Assembly: GCA_029937535.1 (NCBI GenBank)
Contig: JAPYPT010000002.1
Coordinates: 145-64,144, forward strand
Origin: Alphaproteobacteria bacterium
Lineage (GTDB): Bacteria; Pseudomonadota; Alphaproteobacteria; GCA-2731375
Length of the DNA stretch: 64,000 nucleotides
Reading direction: 5' to 3'
Below are positions 9,629 through 18,359 of this stretch, one piece after another. The translations under genes and the position numbers were made by a program. A model generated the notes under the pieces. The model did not search any database, was not told the DNA's origin, and saw nothing but the letters and a program-made list of their open reading frames with translations. Every line of letters begins with the position of its first letter. The stretch's first letter is position 1.

Positions 9629-11206
9629 ATGCCGGTCATGCCGGAACGGATGTTGTGGCGGCGGTTAGGGGACTGTTTGAGCGAAGGGGAGCTGATAACG
9701 GACCCTGAATTGCGCGCCGTCCATTCACACGATATCGCCGGCGGCGGGGCCGTTGCCGCCGCCATTCTGCGCCCCGAGACCATGGAAAATCTGGCGAAAG
9801 CCGTTTCGATCGCGGCGGAGCTCGGTTATGCCCTGGTGCCGCGCGGCGCCGGCCATTCCTACAGCGGCGGCACGGTGCCCCAGCATGATCGATCCGTGGT
9901 GATCGATACCTCGGCCCTTGACCGGGTGCTCGAAATCGACGCGGCAAACCGTCTGGTCCGCGTACAGGCGGGCTGCACCTGGGCCACGCTGCTGGATGCC
10001 CTGGCCCCGCACGGTTTGCGGACGCCGTTCTTTGGTCCCTTGTCGGGCTTCCGCAGCACCGTGGGCGGCGCTCTGTCCCAGCGGGCGACGTTTTTTGGCT
10101 CCGCCATGCACGGCTTCTCAGATGCCTCCGTGGTGGGGCAGACCATCGTGTTGGCCGATGGCGGCATTCTGCGCACCGGCATGGGCCATGACGGCCAACC
10201 GCACCCCCAACCCAGTGGGCCCGATGCGGGCGCCTTGTTCCTGGGCGATTGCGGCGCATTCGGCATCAAGGTTGAGGCGACCTTGCGGCTGATCAAGCAG
10301 CCGGGGGCCGAGGTTTTCGGCTCATTTGAGTTCCCGGATATGCCGTCATTGCTGGCTGCCCAGGTGGCGCTGTCGGGCAGTGACGGGATTGCCGAGTGCT
10401 TCGGTTTCGACCGTCAGGCCCATATCAATCTGGCCCAGGGTGGCTTTGAGCTGCTGGAAGGTGCCGAGATCGCGGGGGATGTGTTGCGCCAGGCCGGATC
10501 GGCCAGCCAGCGCGTGGGCCGTTTGGTGCAACTGTTTCGCGATGGCCGGCGCAAGGTTGCCGATCTGCAATGCTCGCTGCATCTCTGTGTGGAGGGCGAG
10601 GACGAGGCCCATGCCAACGCCCGCCTGGCCAGGGCCGGAACCATCGCCCTGGAGGCCGGCGGCAGCTCGGTGCCCGACACCATCCCCCGGGTCACCCGGT
10701 CACGGCCCTTCCGCCCCATTAAGGCGCTGCTGGGCCCCGACGGCGAACGCTGGCTGCCATTTCATGGCGTCTTTCGGCTGGGCGACGTGGCCACCGCCAG
10801 CGATGCCTTCGCCACCCGTCTGGCCACCCACCAATCAACGCTGGACGAACTTGGTATGAAAATCAGCCTGCTGACCGTCACCAGCGGCGATACAATCGTC
10901 CTGGAGCCGCACCTGTTCTGGCCCGACGGCCTGCACCTCTTTCACCGCCACCACGTCACGAAAGGCCAGCTTGAACGCCATGGCGATCATCCCGACCGCC
11001 CCAAAACCCGCGCCTTCGCCCATGCCCTGCGCAAGGAACTGGGCGATGTTTTGCACGAAGCGGGCGCGGAACATCTGCAAATTGGCCGCCATTATCACTA
11101 CGAAAAGGCCATGGACCCGGTTCAGCGCGATTTGATGCGGGCCATCAAACAACATCTGGACCCCGACGGCCTGATGGCGCCGGGCAACTTGTTCACTGGC
11201 GACTAG
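9629..11206 (+). CDS. FAD-linked oxidase (PCMH/VAO-type FAD-binding domain)
   Basis: LVPRGAGHSYSGG and the rest of the FAD_binding_4 domain, with a C-terminal substrate domain; 525 aa. Confidence 0.8.
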   Translation: MPVMPERMLWRRLGDCLSEGELITDPELRAVHSHDIAGGGAVAAAILRPETMENLAKAVSIAAELGYALVPRGAGHSYSGGTVPQHDRSVVIDTSALDRVLEIDAANRLVRVQAGCTWATLLDALAPHGLRTPFFGPLSGFRSTVGGALSQRATFFGSAMHGFSDASVVGQTIVLADGGILRTGMGHDGQPHPQPSGPDAGALFLGDCGAFGIKVEATLRLIKQPGAEVFGSFEFPDMPSLLAAQVALSGSDGIAECFGFDRQAHINLAQGGFELLEGAEIAGDVLRQAGSASQRVGRLVQLFRDGRRKVADLQCSLHLCVEGEDEAHANARLARAGTIALEAGGSSVPDTIPRVTRSRPFRPIKALLGPDGERWLPFHGVFRLGDVATASDAFATRLATHQSTLDELGMKISLLTVTSGDTIVLEPHLFWPDGLHLFHRHHVTKGQLERHGDHPDRPKTRAFAHALRKELGDVLHEAGAEHLQIGRHYHYEKAMDPVQRDLMRAIKQHLDPDGLMAPGNLFTGD

Positions 11207-14200
11207 GCTCCAGCTTCGCCAAGCGCGGCGTTGATACCTGGCAGGGCTATTTCCAGACCAACCCGTTCAGCTTGTTCCTTCAACTGGCGAAGGGTTTTGA
11301 CCGCTGTTTCGCGGTCATGACCCTGGTAATAATCCCGCAGAGCCTGAGCGCGGGCAATTTGAAAGTCGCACCACGGCAAAGGTTCGGCGCGGGTATAGTC
11401 GGTCAGCGCGTCGCAGGCCCGTTGCAACAACTCCCAATCGCCACTTTCCAGACCGGCTTCCATGATGTCACGATAGAAGAACAGGTAATTGTGGCCTACC
11501 GCCTCTTCGGACAGGATTCGGAAACCTTCTTCGATAGCCCAATTCCGGCGCTCTTCATCCGGCGCGGATCGAACCATGGCTCCCAAGCACCAGGGGCCGG
11601 TAAACCTCTCAAAATTACCTTCAACGATCAGATTCCAGGCCTCGGTGGCAACTTTGTTGGCTTTTTCCCCATGACCCAATTCAAAATAGGCCTTTGATTT
11701 TTGGGCAAGCGAGAAGGCGGCAAATATGTCTAAACCGTAGTTGCTGGACGTTTCAAATACCGAGTTGGATTTTTCAAGTGCGGTGTCGAACATTCCTCTT
11801 TCGAGCAACGTGTAGCACAAAGCAATTTCTACGATGATTTCCGCGCGGTAATTTCCGATCGTTGACGATAGCCGCAACGCTTCGTCGAACATCGTACGGG
11901 CGATGGTGTTCTCCAGAGCATAAAATTTGGCCAGGCCCAGCATCGAGAGGTTCGCGGCGACGACGCTCGTCAGATTGTTTTCCCTTGCCAGATTTATACA
12001 ATGTTCAAACATGTCTCCCGCGCTCAGCATTTGTCCACGCAAGTAAAAGACGTCCGCTAAGCCGCTGTAGGCCCGTGCTTGCACCTCCGCGGATCCGCTT
12101 TCGCGGCCGTATTGCAGGGCTTTTTCGTGGGCGGTCATGCATTTGTCGATTTCACCCAGTGGAAAATACAAATTGCCTTTCAAGCCATGAACGCGGGCAA
12201 GATACGCCGCCGATCCCATGGCCTCCGCGGAAGCCTCGGCGATGGATAGACATGCCAATCCTTCATGTTGTCTGCCCCTGATCCGCAGCCCCTCGGCCAG
12301 ACCCATATTGGCGAGGCATGATTGATCGTCCCCGACCGCAATTTCGATCGCATTTTCAAAAGCCGTGATGGACTGATCCGCCTGCCCCAATTCGCGCAGT
12401 ATGTCGCCGTGACGACAGATAAGGTCGAACCGCACCTGCTGCGTCGTATCGAGCTCCAGGGCGCGTTCGACAAGCCGGCGCGCCGGCTCATAGCGGCGCT
12501 TTTCAGACTCCCCGATTGCAGCCTCCAGGTAGGCTTGACCCGCGCCGGAGTCATCGGCCTTGTCAAGATGTTCGGCATGCAGGATTGGGTCATCGCCGTC
12601 GAACCAGACCGCCGCCCGGCGGTGCAGCTCGGTCCGCCGGGGCGTCAGCATGGAGGCATAGACCCCTTCCCGGATCAGCGCATGGGCGATGTGAAAATCG
12701 TCGCCGGCGGGGCGGATCAACACGTTGGTCAGCAGGTTGACCGGATCATAGTTATCATTGTTCAGCAGGGCGGCGAGGGCGGTCCGCGAAAATCGCTGGC
12801 CCAGGACCGAGGCCGCCTGGATCGCCTCGCGGTCGTGGCCCGCCAAGACGTCCAGCCGCGCCTGCACGATGCCCTGTATGGTGCCGGGAATGTCGCCTGC
12901 CTCCAAATCACCGGCGTTGCGCAGCAATTGTTCCAGGAACAGCGGATTGCCGCCCGAACGCTCCACGCAGGCGGCGATCATTTCATCATTCAAGGCCTCG
13001 AACGCATCCGCCAGATCGTTCGCTTCCGAAGGCTGCAACGGACCCAAATCGGCCGTGGTCAGCGGCGCGCCTTCCGTGCCCGCGCGCCAGGTTTGATCCA
13101 ACTGGTCGCCGGTTACGCGCGTGGTCAAGATCAGCAGGACGGGAATTTCCTGTACCGTCCGCGTCAAATTCGCCAACTGGTCGAGAATAAGCGGATCGGC
13201 CCAATGGGTGTCCTCGATCCGCAACAGCACGGGCCGCCTTTGGCCAGCATGGCGTACCAAATCACCCAAGGTGTCCTGTAGATCCCGGTTGCGGGTTTCA
13301 TTATTCATGGCCTGATAAAGGCCATTCAGGTTGGCTGGTTGCGGCAGGTCGAGCAGATCGTTCAAGTGGACGCGCCGGGCTTCGGGCAGCTGGCCTGAAG
13401 CTATGGAGCTTTGCACCGCTTCGGCCCGGACGTCCTTGTGGCTGCCAGGGGGGATTTCAAGCAGGCTCCGCACCAGGGCGCGGACGGCGTCCTGGCCCTT
13501 GGCGGTGCCGAAATCCAGGATCAATCCCGTGTGTATGGCAAAGCCCCCGGCCTCGGCCAAGCTCACGAATTCCTCAACCAGACGGGTTTTGCCGATGCCG
13601 GCCTCGCCGCGCACGATGAGGGTTTCGCCCGCCCCGGTCTCGAGACAATTGTCCAGCGCCGTGGAGAACTGCCGCAACTCCCGGGCCCGGCCAACAAAGG
13701 CGTGGCCGCCATCAACCGGCCCGGCGCCAAGTTCATCAAGCCGCCACAGGGTGACCGGTTCCAACAGGCCCTCGATCATCCGTTCGCCCAAACTGACACC
13801 GATGAACCGATCCCCCAATGCCCGCTGCACCGAGGCCGCGGCCAGGGTTTCACCCGCCTTGGCCATATCGGTCAGACGCGCGGCCAGATTTACACTGTCG
13901 CCGGTGACGGTATATTCAGTGTGGGCCGCGCTGCCGGTCGAGGAAGCAACCACCTGGCCAGACGCCACGCCAATGTGGACCTGCAAGGGCGGCTCCAACC
14001 GGGCTACCTCAGCATGGATATCCAAGGCGGCCCGCAGGGCGCGTTCGGGGTCATCGGTATGGGCCACGGGCGCGCCGAACACCGCCATCACCGCGTCGCC
14101 GATATGTTTGTCGACCGTGCCGCCATAACGGCGCAATACCTCATCGACCACCGCGAAAAATCCATTCAGCATGGCGTGGGTCTCTTCCGCGTCCATTGCG

Positions 14201-14490
14201 CTGGACATCCGGGTGAAGCCGGAAATATCCGCGAACAGGGCGGTTACCTGACGGCGCGCGGCATCGGCGACATCGTCTTTTTCTTGAGCCGGTGACGGCT
14301 CCGATGCGGCCCCTAGTGCGCCAATCGCCGCCAGCAGTTGCCGGCGCGCGCCCAATGCCACGCCCATTTCCTTGAGATCATCTTCGGTGATATGGGGAAG
14401 CGCCGGCATGCCGATCTCGTTCTCGGCAAAGACGTCTCCGTACCTGCCAAGCCCCAATTCTTCCAGCCATTGATCAATCTCGCTTGTCAA
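11203..14490 (-). CDS. SAM-like domain / class III adenylate-guanylate cyclase / P-loop STAND-AAA ATPase / TPR multidomain protein (1095 aa)
   Basis: N-terminus MTSEIDQWLEELGLGRYGDVFAENEI...DDLKEMG (SAM-like). Cyclase VTALFADISGFTR...HIGDAVMAVFGAPVAHTDDPERA...TVTGDSVNLAARL. P-loop IVRGEAGIGKTRL. Long TPR-like C-terminus. Confidence 0.85.
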   Translation of the reverse strand: MTSEIDQWLEELGLGRYGDVFAENEIGMPALPHITEDDLKEMGVALGARRQLLAAIGALGAASEPSPAQEKDDVADAARRQVTALFADISGFTRMSSAMDAEETHAMLNGFFAVVDEVLRRYGGTVDKHIGDAVMAVFGAPVAHTDDPERALRAALDIHAEVARLEPPLQVHIGVASGQVVASSTGSAAHTEYTVTGDSVNLAARLTDMAKAGETLAAASVQRALGDRFIGVSLGERMIEGLLEPVTLWRLDELGAGPVDGGHAFVGRARELRQFSTALDNCLETGAGETLIVRGEAGIGKTRLVEEFVSLAEAGGFAIHTGLILDFGTAKGQDAVRALVRSLLEIPPGSHKDVRAEAVQSSIASGQLPEARRVHLNDLLDLPQPANLNGLYQAMNNETRNRDLQDTLGDLVRHAGQRRPVLLRIEDTHWADPLILDQLANLTRTVQEIPVLLILTTRVTGDQLDQTWRAGTEGAPLTTADLGPLQPSEANDLADAFEALNDEMIAACVERSGGNPLFLEQLLRNAGDLEAGDIPGTIQGIVQARLDVLAGHDREAIQAASVLGQRFSRTALAALLNNDNYDPVNLLTNVLIRPAGDDFHIAHALIREGVYASMLTPRRTELHRRAAVWFDGDDPILHAEHLDKADDSGAGQAYLEAAIGESEKRRYEPARRLVERALELDTTQQVRFDLICRHGDILRELGQADQSITAFENAIEIAVGDDQSCLANMGLAEGLRIRGRQHEGLACLSIAEASAEAMGSAAYLARVHGLKGNLYFPLGEIDKCMTAHEKALQYGRESGSAEVQARAYSGLADVFYLRGQMLSAGDMFEHCINLARENNLTSVVAANLSMLGLAKFYALENTIARTMFDEALRLSSTIGNYRAEIIVEIALCYTLLERGMFDTALEKSNSVFETSSNYGLDIFAAFSLAQKSKAYFELGHGEKANKVATEAWNLIVEGNFERFTGPWCLGAMVRSAPDEERRNWAIEEGFRILSEEAVGHNYLFFYRDIMEAGLESGDWELLQRACDALTDYTRAEPLPWCDFQIARAQALRDYYQGHDRETAVKTLRQLKEQAERVGLEIALPGINAALGEAGA

Positions 14491-14578
14491 TTGACGGCAT
14501 CTCCCCTACAACCTGACGTTAGCATGGGAACCAGGCAATGTCCGCCGTCAGTGTCACGAATAGTCGATTATATCGACC

Positions 14579-16189
14579 CTAAACCTCCGCCGCCATGCCG
14601 TCATTCGAAGGATCGGCGCCGCCGTCCAGTTTGCCGTCGACGATGCGGATGCCGTGGACGTGGGGCATCATGTGGCTGACGGCGTGGCGGTGGGTTGGGT
14701 AGCCGCGGGATTGGAGCTCCCGCTCCGTGGCGCGGAAGATGCGGTTGGTGACCTCGATGGTGTCCGATGTGGCCATGAAGCGCGGCGCGGAGACCGCCTC
14801 TTGCGCCGTCATGTCGAAATCGATGACGTTCAGGATCGCCTGCAGGTTGCCCATGGTAATGGTCGTCCCGCCGGGAGAGCCGACCAGGAAAAACGGCTTA
14901 TCGTCCTTGAACACAATTGTCGGCGAGAGGGCCGTGAAACGCGCCTTGCCCGGCGCCAGGGAGCCCGTGTTGCCGGGGCGGGGATCGAACACCATCATGC
15001 AGTTGTTGTACATGAAGCCGAGGCCGTCCGTGACCACGCCGGAGGAGGAGCCCAGGGAATGGGTCATGGTCACGCAGTTGCCGGAGGTATCGGCAACGCA
15101 AATGTGGGTCGTCTCCTGGCTTTCCTCCGTGCCTGAATTCATCCGGGGTACATGGGTTTTCTCGCCGGCCTTGATGCGGTCGGCCATGGCCCTGGCATAG
15201 TCTTTCGAGGTCAGTTCAGCGAAGGGAATGTCGAAAAACCTCGGATCGCCCATGCGGTTGTCCTTGTCCACGGTGGCGATCTTCATGGCTTCGGCCACGG
15301 TGGCGATATAGTCGGGTGAATTGTGGCCCATGGCCGCGAGGTCGAAATTCTCCAGGATGTTGAGCATTACTACGATCATCAGGCCGCCGCCGGGCGGCTG
15401 GTTCGTGGCCACGGCATAGCCCCGGTAATCGGTCCGCAATGGATCCACCGTTTCCGTCTCGCAGGCCGCCAGATCCGCCAGTGTGAGAAGGCCGCCATGG
15501 GCGGGTATATCCTCATCCATGCGGTGGGCAATCTCGCCGCTGTAGAAGTCTTCGATGCCCTGTTCGGCGATGCGGCGGTAGGTGGCGCCCAGATCAGGAT
15601 TGCGCACCATCTCGCCCACGCCGTAGAGGCTGCCGTCCGCCTTGGCATAGATCTTCGCGGCGGCGGGATCTTCGGTCAGCCTGCGGATGTGGGCAATGCG
15701 GCCATTCACGGGGCCCCTGTTCCATAGTCCGTGGAGCGAGGGCCGGACGGGAAAGCCTTCCTCGCAATATTCAATGGCCGGGCCCATCACCTCGGCCAAT
15801 GACCGGGTGCCGAAACGTTCCATGGCTTCATGGAACGCCTTCAGGCTCAACGGCGTGGTCATGGATTGATAGCCGATTTCGTTCACCTGGCCCGACAACA
15901 TGAAGCCGAAACCGTCCTCGCATTCGCCGAGGATGAGCGGCTCCCACATCTCGGGTTTGGTTGCCAGCGGCGCGCGGCCGTGAAAATCGATGCAGGTATG
16001 GACGTCCCGGTCGGCCAGATACAGATGCAGGGACCCAAACCCGGCGATACCGCAATTTTGCGGATCGACCACCGTCTGCACCATGGCCGCGCCAATGGCC
16101 GCATCGACCACGTTGCCCCCAGAATTGAGAATATCAAGTCCGGTTTCCACCGCCTCCGGCTGGGGCGCCGATACCATGCCATGTGTCAT
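14579..16189 (-). CDS. ggt: gamma-glutamyltransferase
   Basis: 536 aa with the autoprocessing Thr region (ESQETTHICVADTSGNCV) and small-subunit motifs (SSGVVTDGLGFMYNN, GSPGGTTI). Confidence 0.85.
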   Translation of the reverse strand: MTHGMVSAPQPEAVETGLDILNSGGNVVDAAIGAAMVQTVVDPQNCGIAGFGSLHLYLADRDVHTCIDFHGRAPLATKPEMWEPLILGECEDGFGFMLSGQVNEIGYQSMTTPLSLKAFHEAMERFGTRSLAEVMGPAIEYCEEGFPVRPSLHGLWNRGPVNGRIAHIRRLTEDPAAAKIYAKADGSLYGVGEMVRNPDLGATYRRIAEQGIEDFYSGEIAHRMDEDIPAHGGLLTLADLAACETETVDPLRTDYRGYAVATNQPPGGGLMIVVMLNILENFDLAAMGHNSPDYIATVAEAMKIATVDKDNRMGDPRFFDIPFAELTSKDYARAMADRIKAGEKTHVPRMNSGTEESQETTHICVADTSGNCVTMTHSLGSSSGVVTDGLGFMYNNCMMVFDPRPGNTGSLAPGKARFTALSPTIVFKDDKPFFLVGSPGGTTITMGNLQAILNVIDFDMTAQEAVSAPRFMATSDTIEVTNRIFRATERELQSRGYPTHRHAVSHMMPHVHGIRIVDGKLDGGADPSNDGMAAEV

Positions 16190-16265
16190 ATTGAACCCTC
16201 TACTGTCCTGTGCATCAGCCTACCTTGGTATATGATGGCGGCGCGGATTGGCAAGGAGCATCAGA

Positions 16266-16562
16266 ATGCAACTATCGGATACCTTATTGGAAGACCGTCC
16301 CGAACAGACATTTTTCGAGGACCCGGCGCTCGACCGCGCCTTTGGCGTTGTCATGGCCCTGGCGACGGAGGTCTATGTACTGCGCGACCGGGCCCGGGCG
16401 TTGGAGCGCAAACTGGAAGCGGCGGGCGTGATCGAGCCAGGCGGCCTGGATGCCGAACCCGGCGATGAGGAACGGGCGGCGGATGCCGGCGACCGGGAAG
16501 CCTTTGTCGAGGGCTTGATGATCAGCCTGCTTGGCAAACAACAGGCCAAGGGTGCCAGTTAG
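16266..16562 (+). CDS. hypothetical small acidic protein (98 aa)
   Basis: ATG at 16266 with AGGAG 8 nt upstream; the track ORF begins at a TTG at 16248. No recognisable family. Confidence 0.4.
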   Translation: MQLSDTLLEDRPEQTFFEDPALDRAFGVVMALATEVYVLRDRARALERKLEAAGVIEPGGLDAEPGDEERAADAGDREAFVEGLMISLLGKQQAKGAS

Positions 16563-16572
16563 GGAGACTGAT

Positions 16573-17622
16573 ATGGACGACCGCAGCTTCGTTGCCGCAC
16601 AGGATTTCCTGTTGGCCAGCAAGACATACTGGACCAAACGGATCTATCCCGAACTGAAGAAGACTTATGAAACGGCCGCCGGTGCGGCGCCGGCGCCACC
16701 CGAAACCCCAGCCGAAGTCGCCGCCCTGTTGGAGGGCGAGGTACTCTACCGCTATTTCTCCTGGCTGGAGCGCCACCTGCAGCGTTTCAAGTATGCCGGC
16801 CGTTATGGCCTGGTGCCCTATCATGACGAACGCCGCGCCGCCCTGTCGGCGGAGTTGCGGGACACGGATGCCGAGTTGGCGCCCGGTTTGGAAATGCCCA
16901 ACTATTACCAAAGGGTGGATATTCACCAACATCCGGGCGGCGTGTGGAGTGATGAGCTGGACGGCTATGTCTACGAACGGGGCGCGCGCTCAACCACGCC
17001 GTTGATGGGGGCGGCACATGGTGATCTGCACCACCGCTTCACGGACCTTGTGGCAGCCCGTGGCGGGGCCAAGGATATTCTGGACATGGGCTGCGGCTTC
17101 GGCAAAAGCACCCATCCGTTCTGCACCAGCTTCCCCACCGCGCGGGTTGAGGCCATCGATCTGTCGGGACCCTGCGTGTCCCTTGGCGCCCACGATGCCC
17201 AAACCAAGGGGAGTGGCAACGTGCGCTTCAGGCAAATGAACGCCTATGAAACAGACTATGACGATGGCAGTTTTGATCTGGTGACCTCGACCATGGTGAT
17301 CCACGAACTGCCGCCTCGGGAGATCGAGCGTATGTTTACGGAAGCCGCCCGCGTGCTGGCGCCGGGGGGACGGATGGCGCATCTGGACTTTTATACCATC
17401 GACGGCCCGTTCGCCCGCTTCATCCACTATGGCCACGGGCGGCGCAATAACGAGCCGTTCATGCAGCCCCTGGCGGAAATGGATTTACATGCAAGTCTGA
17501 CGGAAAAAGGCTTCACCAATATCGAGGTGATCCCCTTTAAGGAGGCCGAGGGCGTGGGTGAAAGCGGCAACGACGCCTGGCGCTTCCCCTGGACCGTGAT
17601 CATGGCGGAGAAAATGCCCTGA
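16573..17622 (+). CDS. class I SAM-dependent methyltransferase
   Basis: ILDMGCGFGKST (motif I) with an acidic motif II downstream. GGGAG RBS before ATG at 16573. About 170-aa N-terminal extension of unknown function. Confidence 0.8.
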   Translation: MDDRSFVAAQDFLLASKTYWTKRIYPELKKTYETAAGAAPAPPETPAEVAALLEGEVLYRYFSWLERHLQRFKYAGRYGLVPYHDERRAALSAELRDTDAELAPGLEMPNYYQRVDIHQHPGGVWSDELDGYVYERGARSTTPLMGAAHGDLHHRFTDLVAARGGAKDILDMGCGFGKSTHPFCTSFPTARVEAIDLSGPCVSLGAHDAQTKGSGNVRFRQMNAYETDYDDGSFDLVTSTMVIHELPPREIERMFTEAARVLAPGGRMAHLDFYTIDGPFARFIHYGHGRRNNEPFMQPLAEMDLHASLTEKGFTNIEVIPFKEAEGVGESGNDAWRFPWTVIMAEKMP

Positions 17623-17679
17623 CTGTTTCGGAAACGAATTTGTTTTCGCCCAAAATTTTAAGTTACTAACCGACAGGGC

Positions 17680-17784
17680 CAGTGGATGCCCGGATCAAGT
17701 CCGGGCATGACTTGTCTGGATCATTGCAATCAACCTATCGTCGTCATTGCCGGACTTGATCCGGCAATCCAGGGCAACAAACTC
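17680..17784. repeat. intergenic hairpin repeat element, copy B
   Basis: cagtggatgcccggatcaagtccgggcatgac...gtcattgccggacttgatccggcaatccagggcaacaaactc. Two hairpins; related to copies A and C. Confidence 0.6.
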
Positions 17785-17856
17785 ATGGGTTGGCGGTCTT
17801 GGCATCACCATGCCCGATGATGTCGGCGCGAGGTGTGGCGTGGCCTCGGGGCGGCA

Positions 17857-18318
17857 TCATTTGCCGTGTCGGGCGAGCCATTCGTGGACCAGTTTCCGGG
17901 CCTGGGCGATTTGTCCGGGTGACATGTATTTGGCCAGCTCTTTTTGGCCATCGGGCGCTTTCTCGTCGCCGTGTTCGCCGGCGAGATCGATCCACATGCG
18001 CGCCCGCACATAATCCACCGCCACGCCACGGCCCAGAAAATACATCAGGCCGAGATTATACTGCGCCGCCCCATGGCCCTGATCGGCGGCCTTGCGGAAC
18101 CATTTCACCGCCTCCACGTCGCTTTGTTCCATGTTCCAGCCCAGGTCATACATGACGCCCAGGGTATACTGCGCCTCGGCATAGCCTTGCTCGGCGGCCA
18201 GACGGTACCATTTCGCGGCCGCGTCATCTTCACCCGCCGCCGCACCCGTGGCGGGTAGCCCGGCGATCATTGGCATCGCGATCATGACCACTGCGAGCAT
18301 ACGGCTCAGAAAATTCAT
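17857..18318 (-). CDS. Sel1-repeat (TPR-like) secreted protein
   Basis: Signal peptide MNFLSRMLAVVMIAMPMIAGLPATGAAAG followed by repeated AEAQYxLGxMYxxG / AAQYNLGLMY Sel1 motifs. Sits 41 nt downstream of the second cyclase-STAND gene. Confidence 0.75.
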   Translation of the reverse strand: MNFLSRMLAVVMIAMPMIAGLPATGAAAGEDDAAAKWYRLAAEQGYAEAQYTLGVMYDLGWNMEQSDVEAVKWFRKAADQGHGAAQYNLGLMYFLGRGVAVDYVRARMWIDLAGEHGDEKAPDGQKELAKYMSPGQIAQARKLVHEWLARHGK

Positions 18319-18359
18319 GGCATGTATCCCAATTTCGGCTTCGGTCTTCCCATTCAAGC

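Noticed and set aside
12322-14295. Several 250-320-aa plus-strand ORFs inside the first cyclase-STAND gene
   Set aside because: Antisense artefacts with Arg/Gly/Pro-rich low-complexity translations. The minus-strand 1095-aa ORF has coherent domain motifs.
16248-16265. TTG start at 16248 for the small acidic ORF
   Set aside because: The AGGAG RBS lies inside those codons and is correctly spaced for the ATG at 16266, so the ATG is the more likely start.
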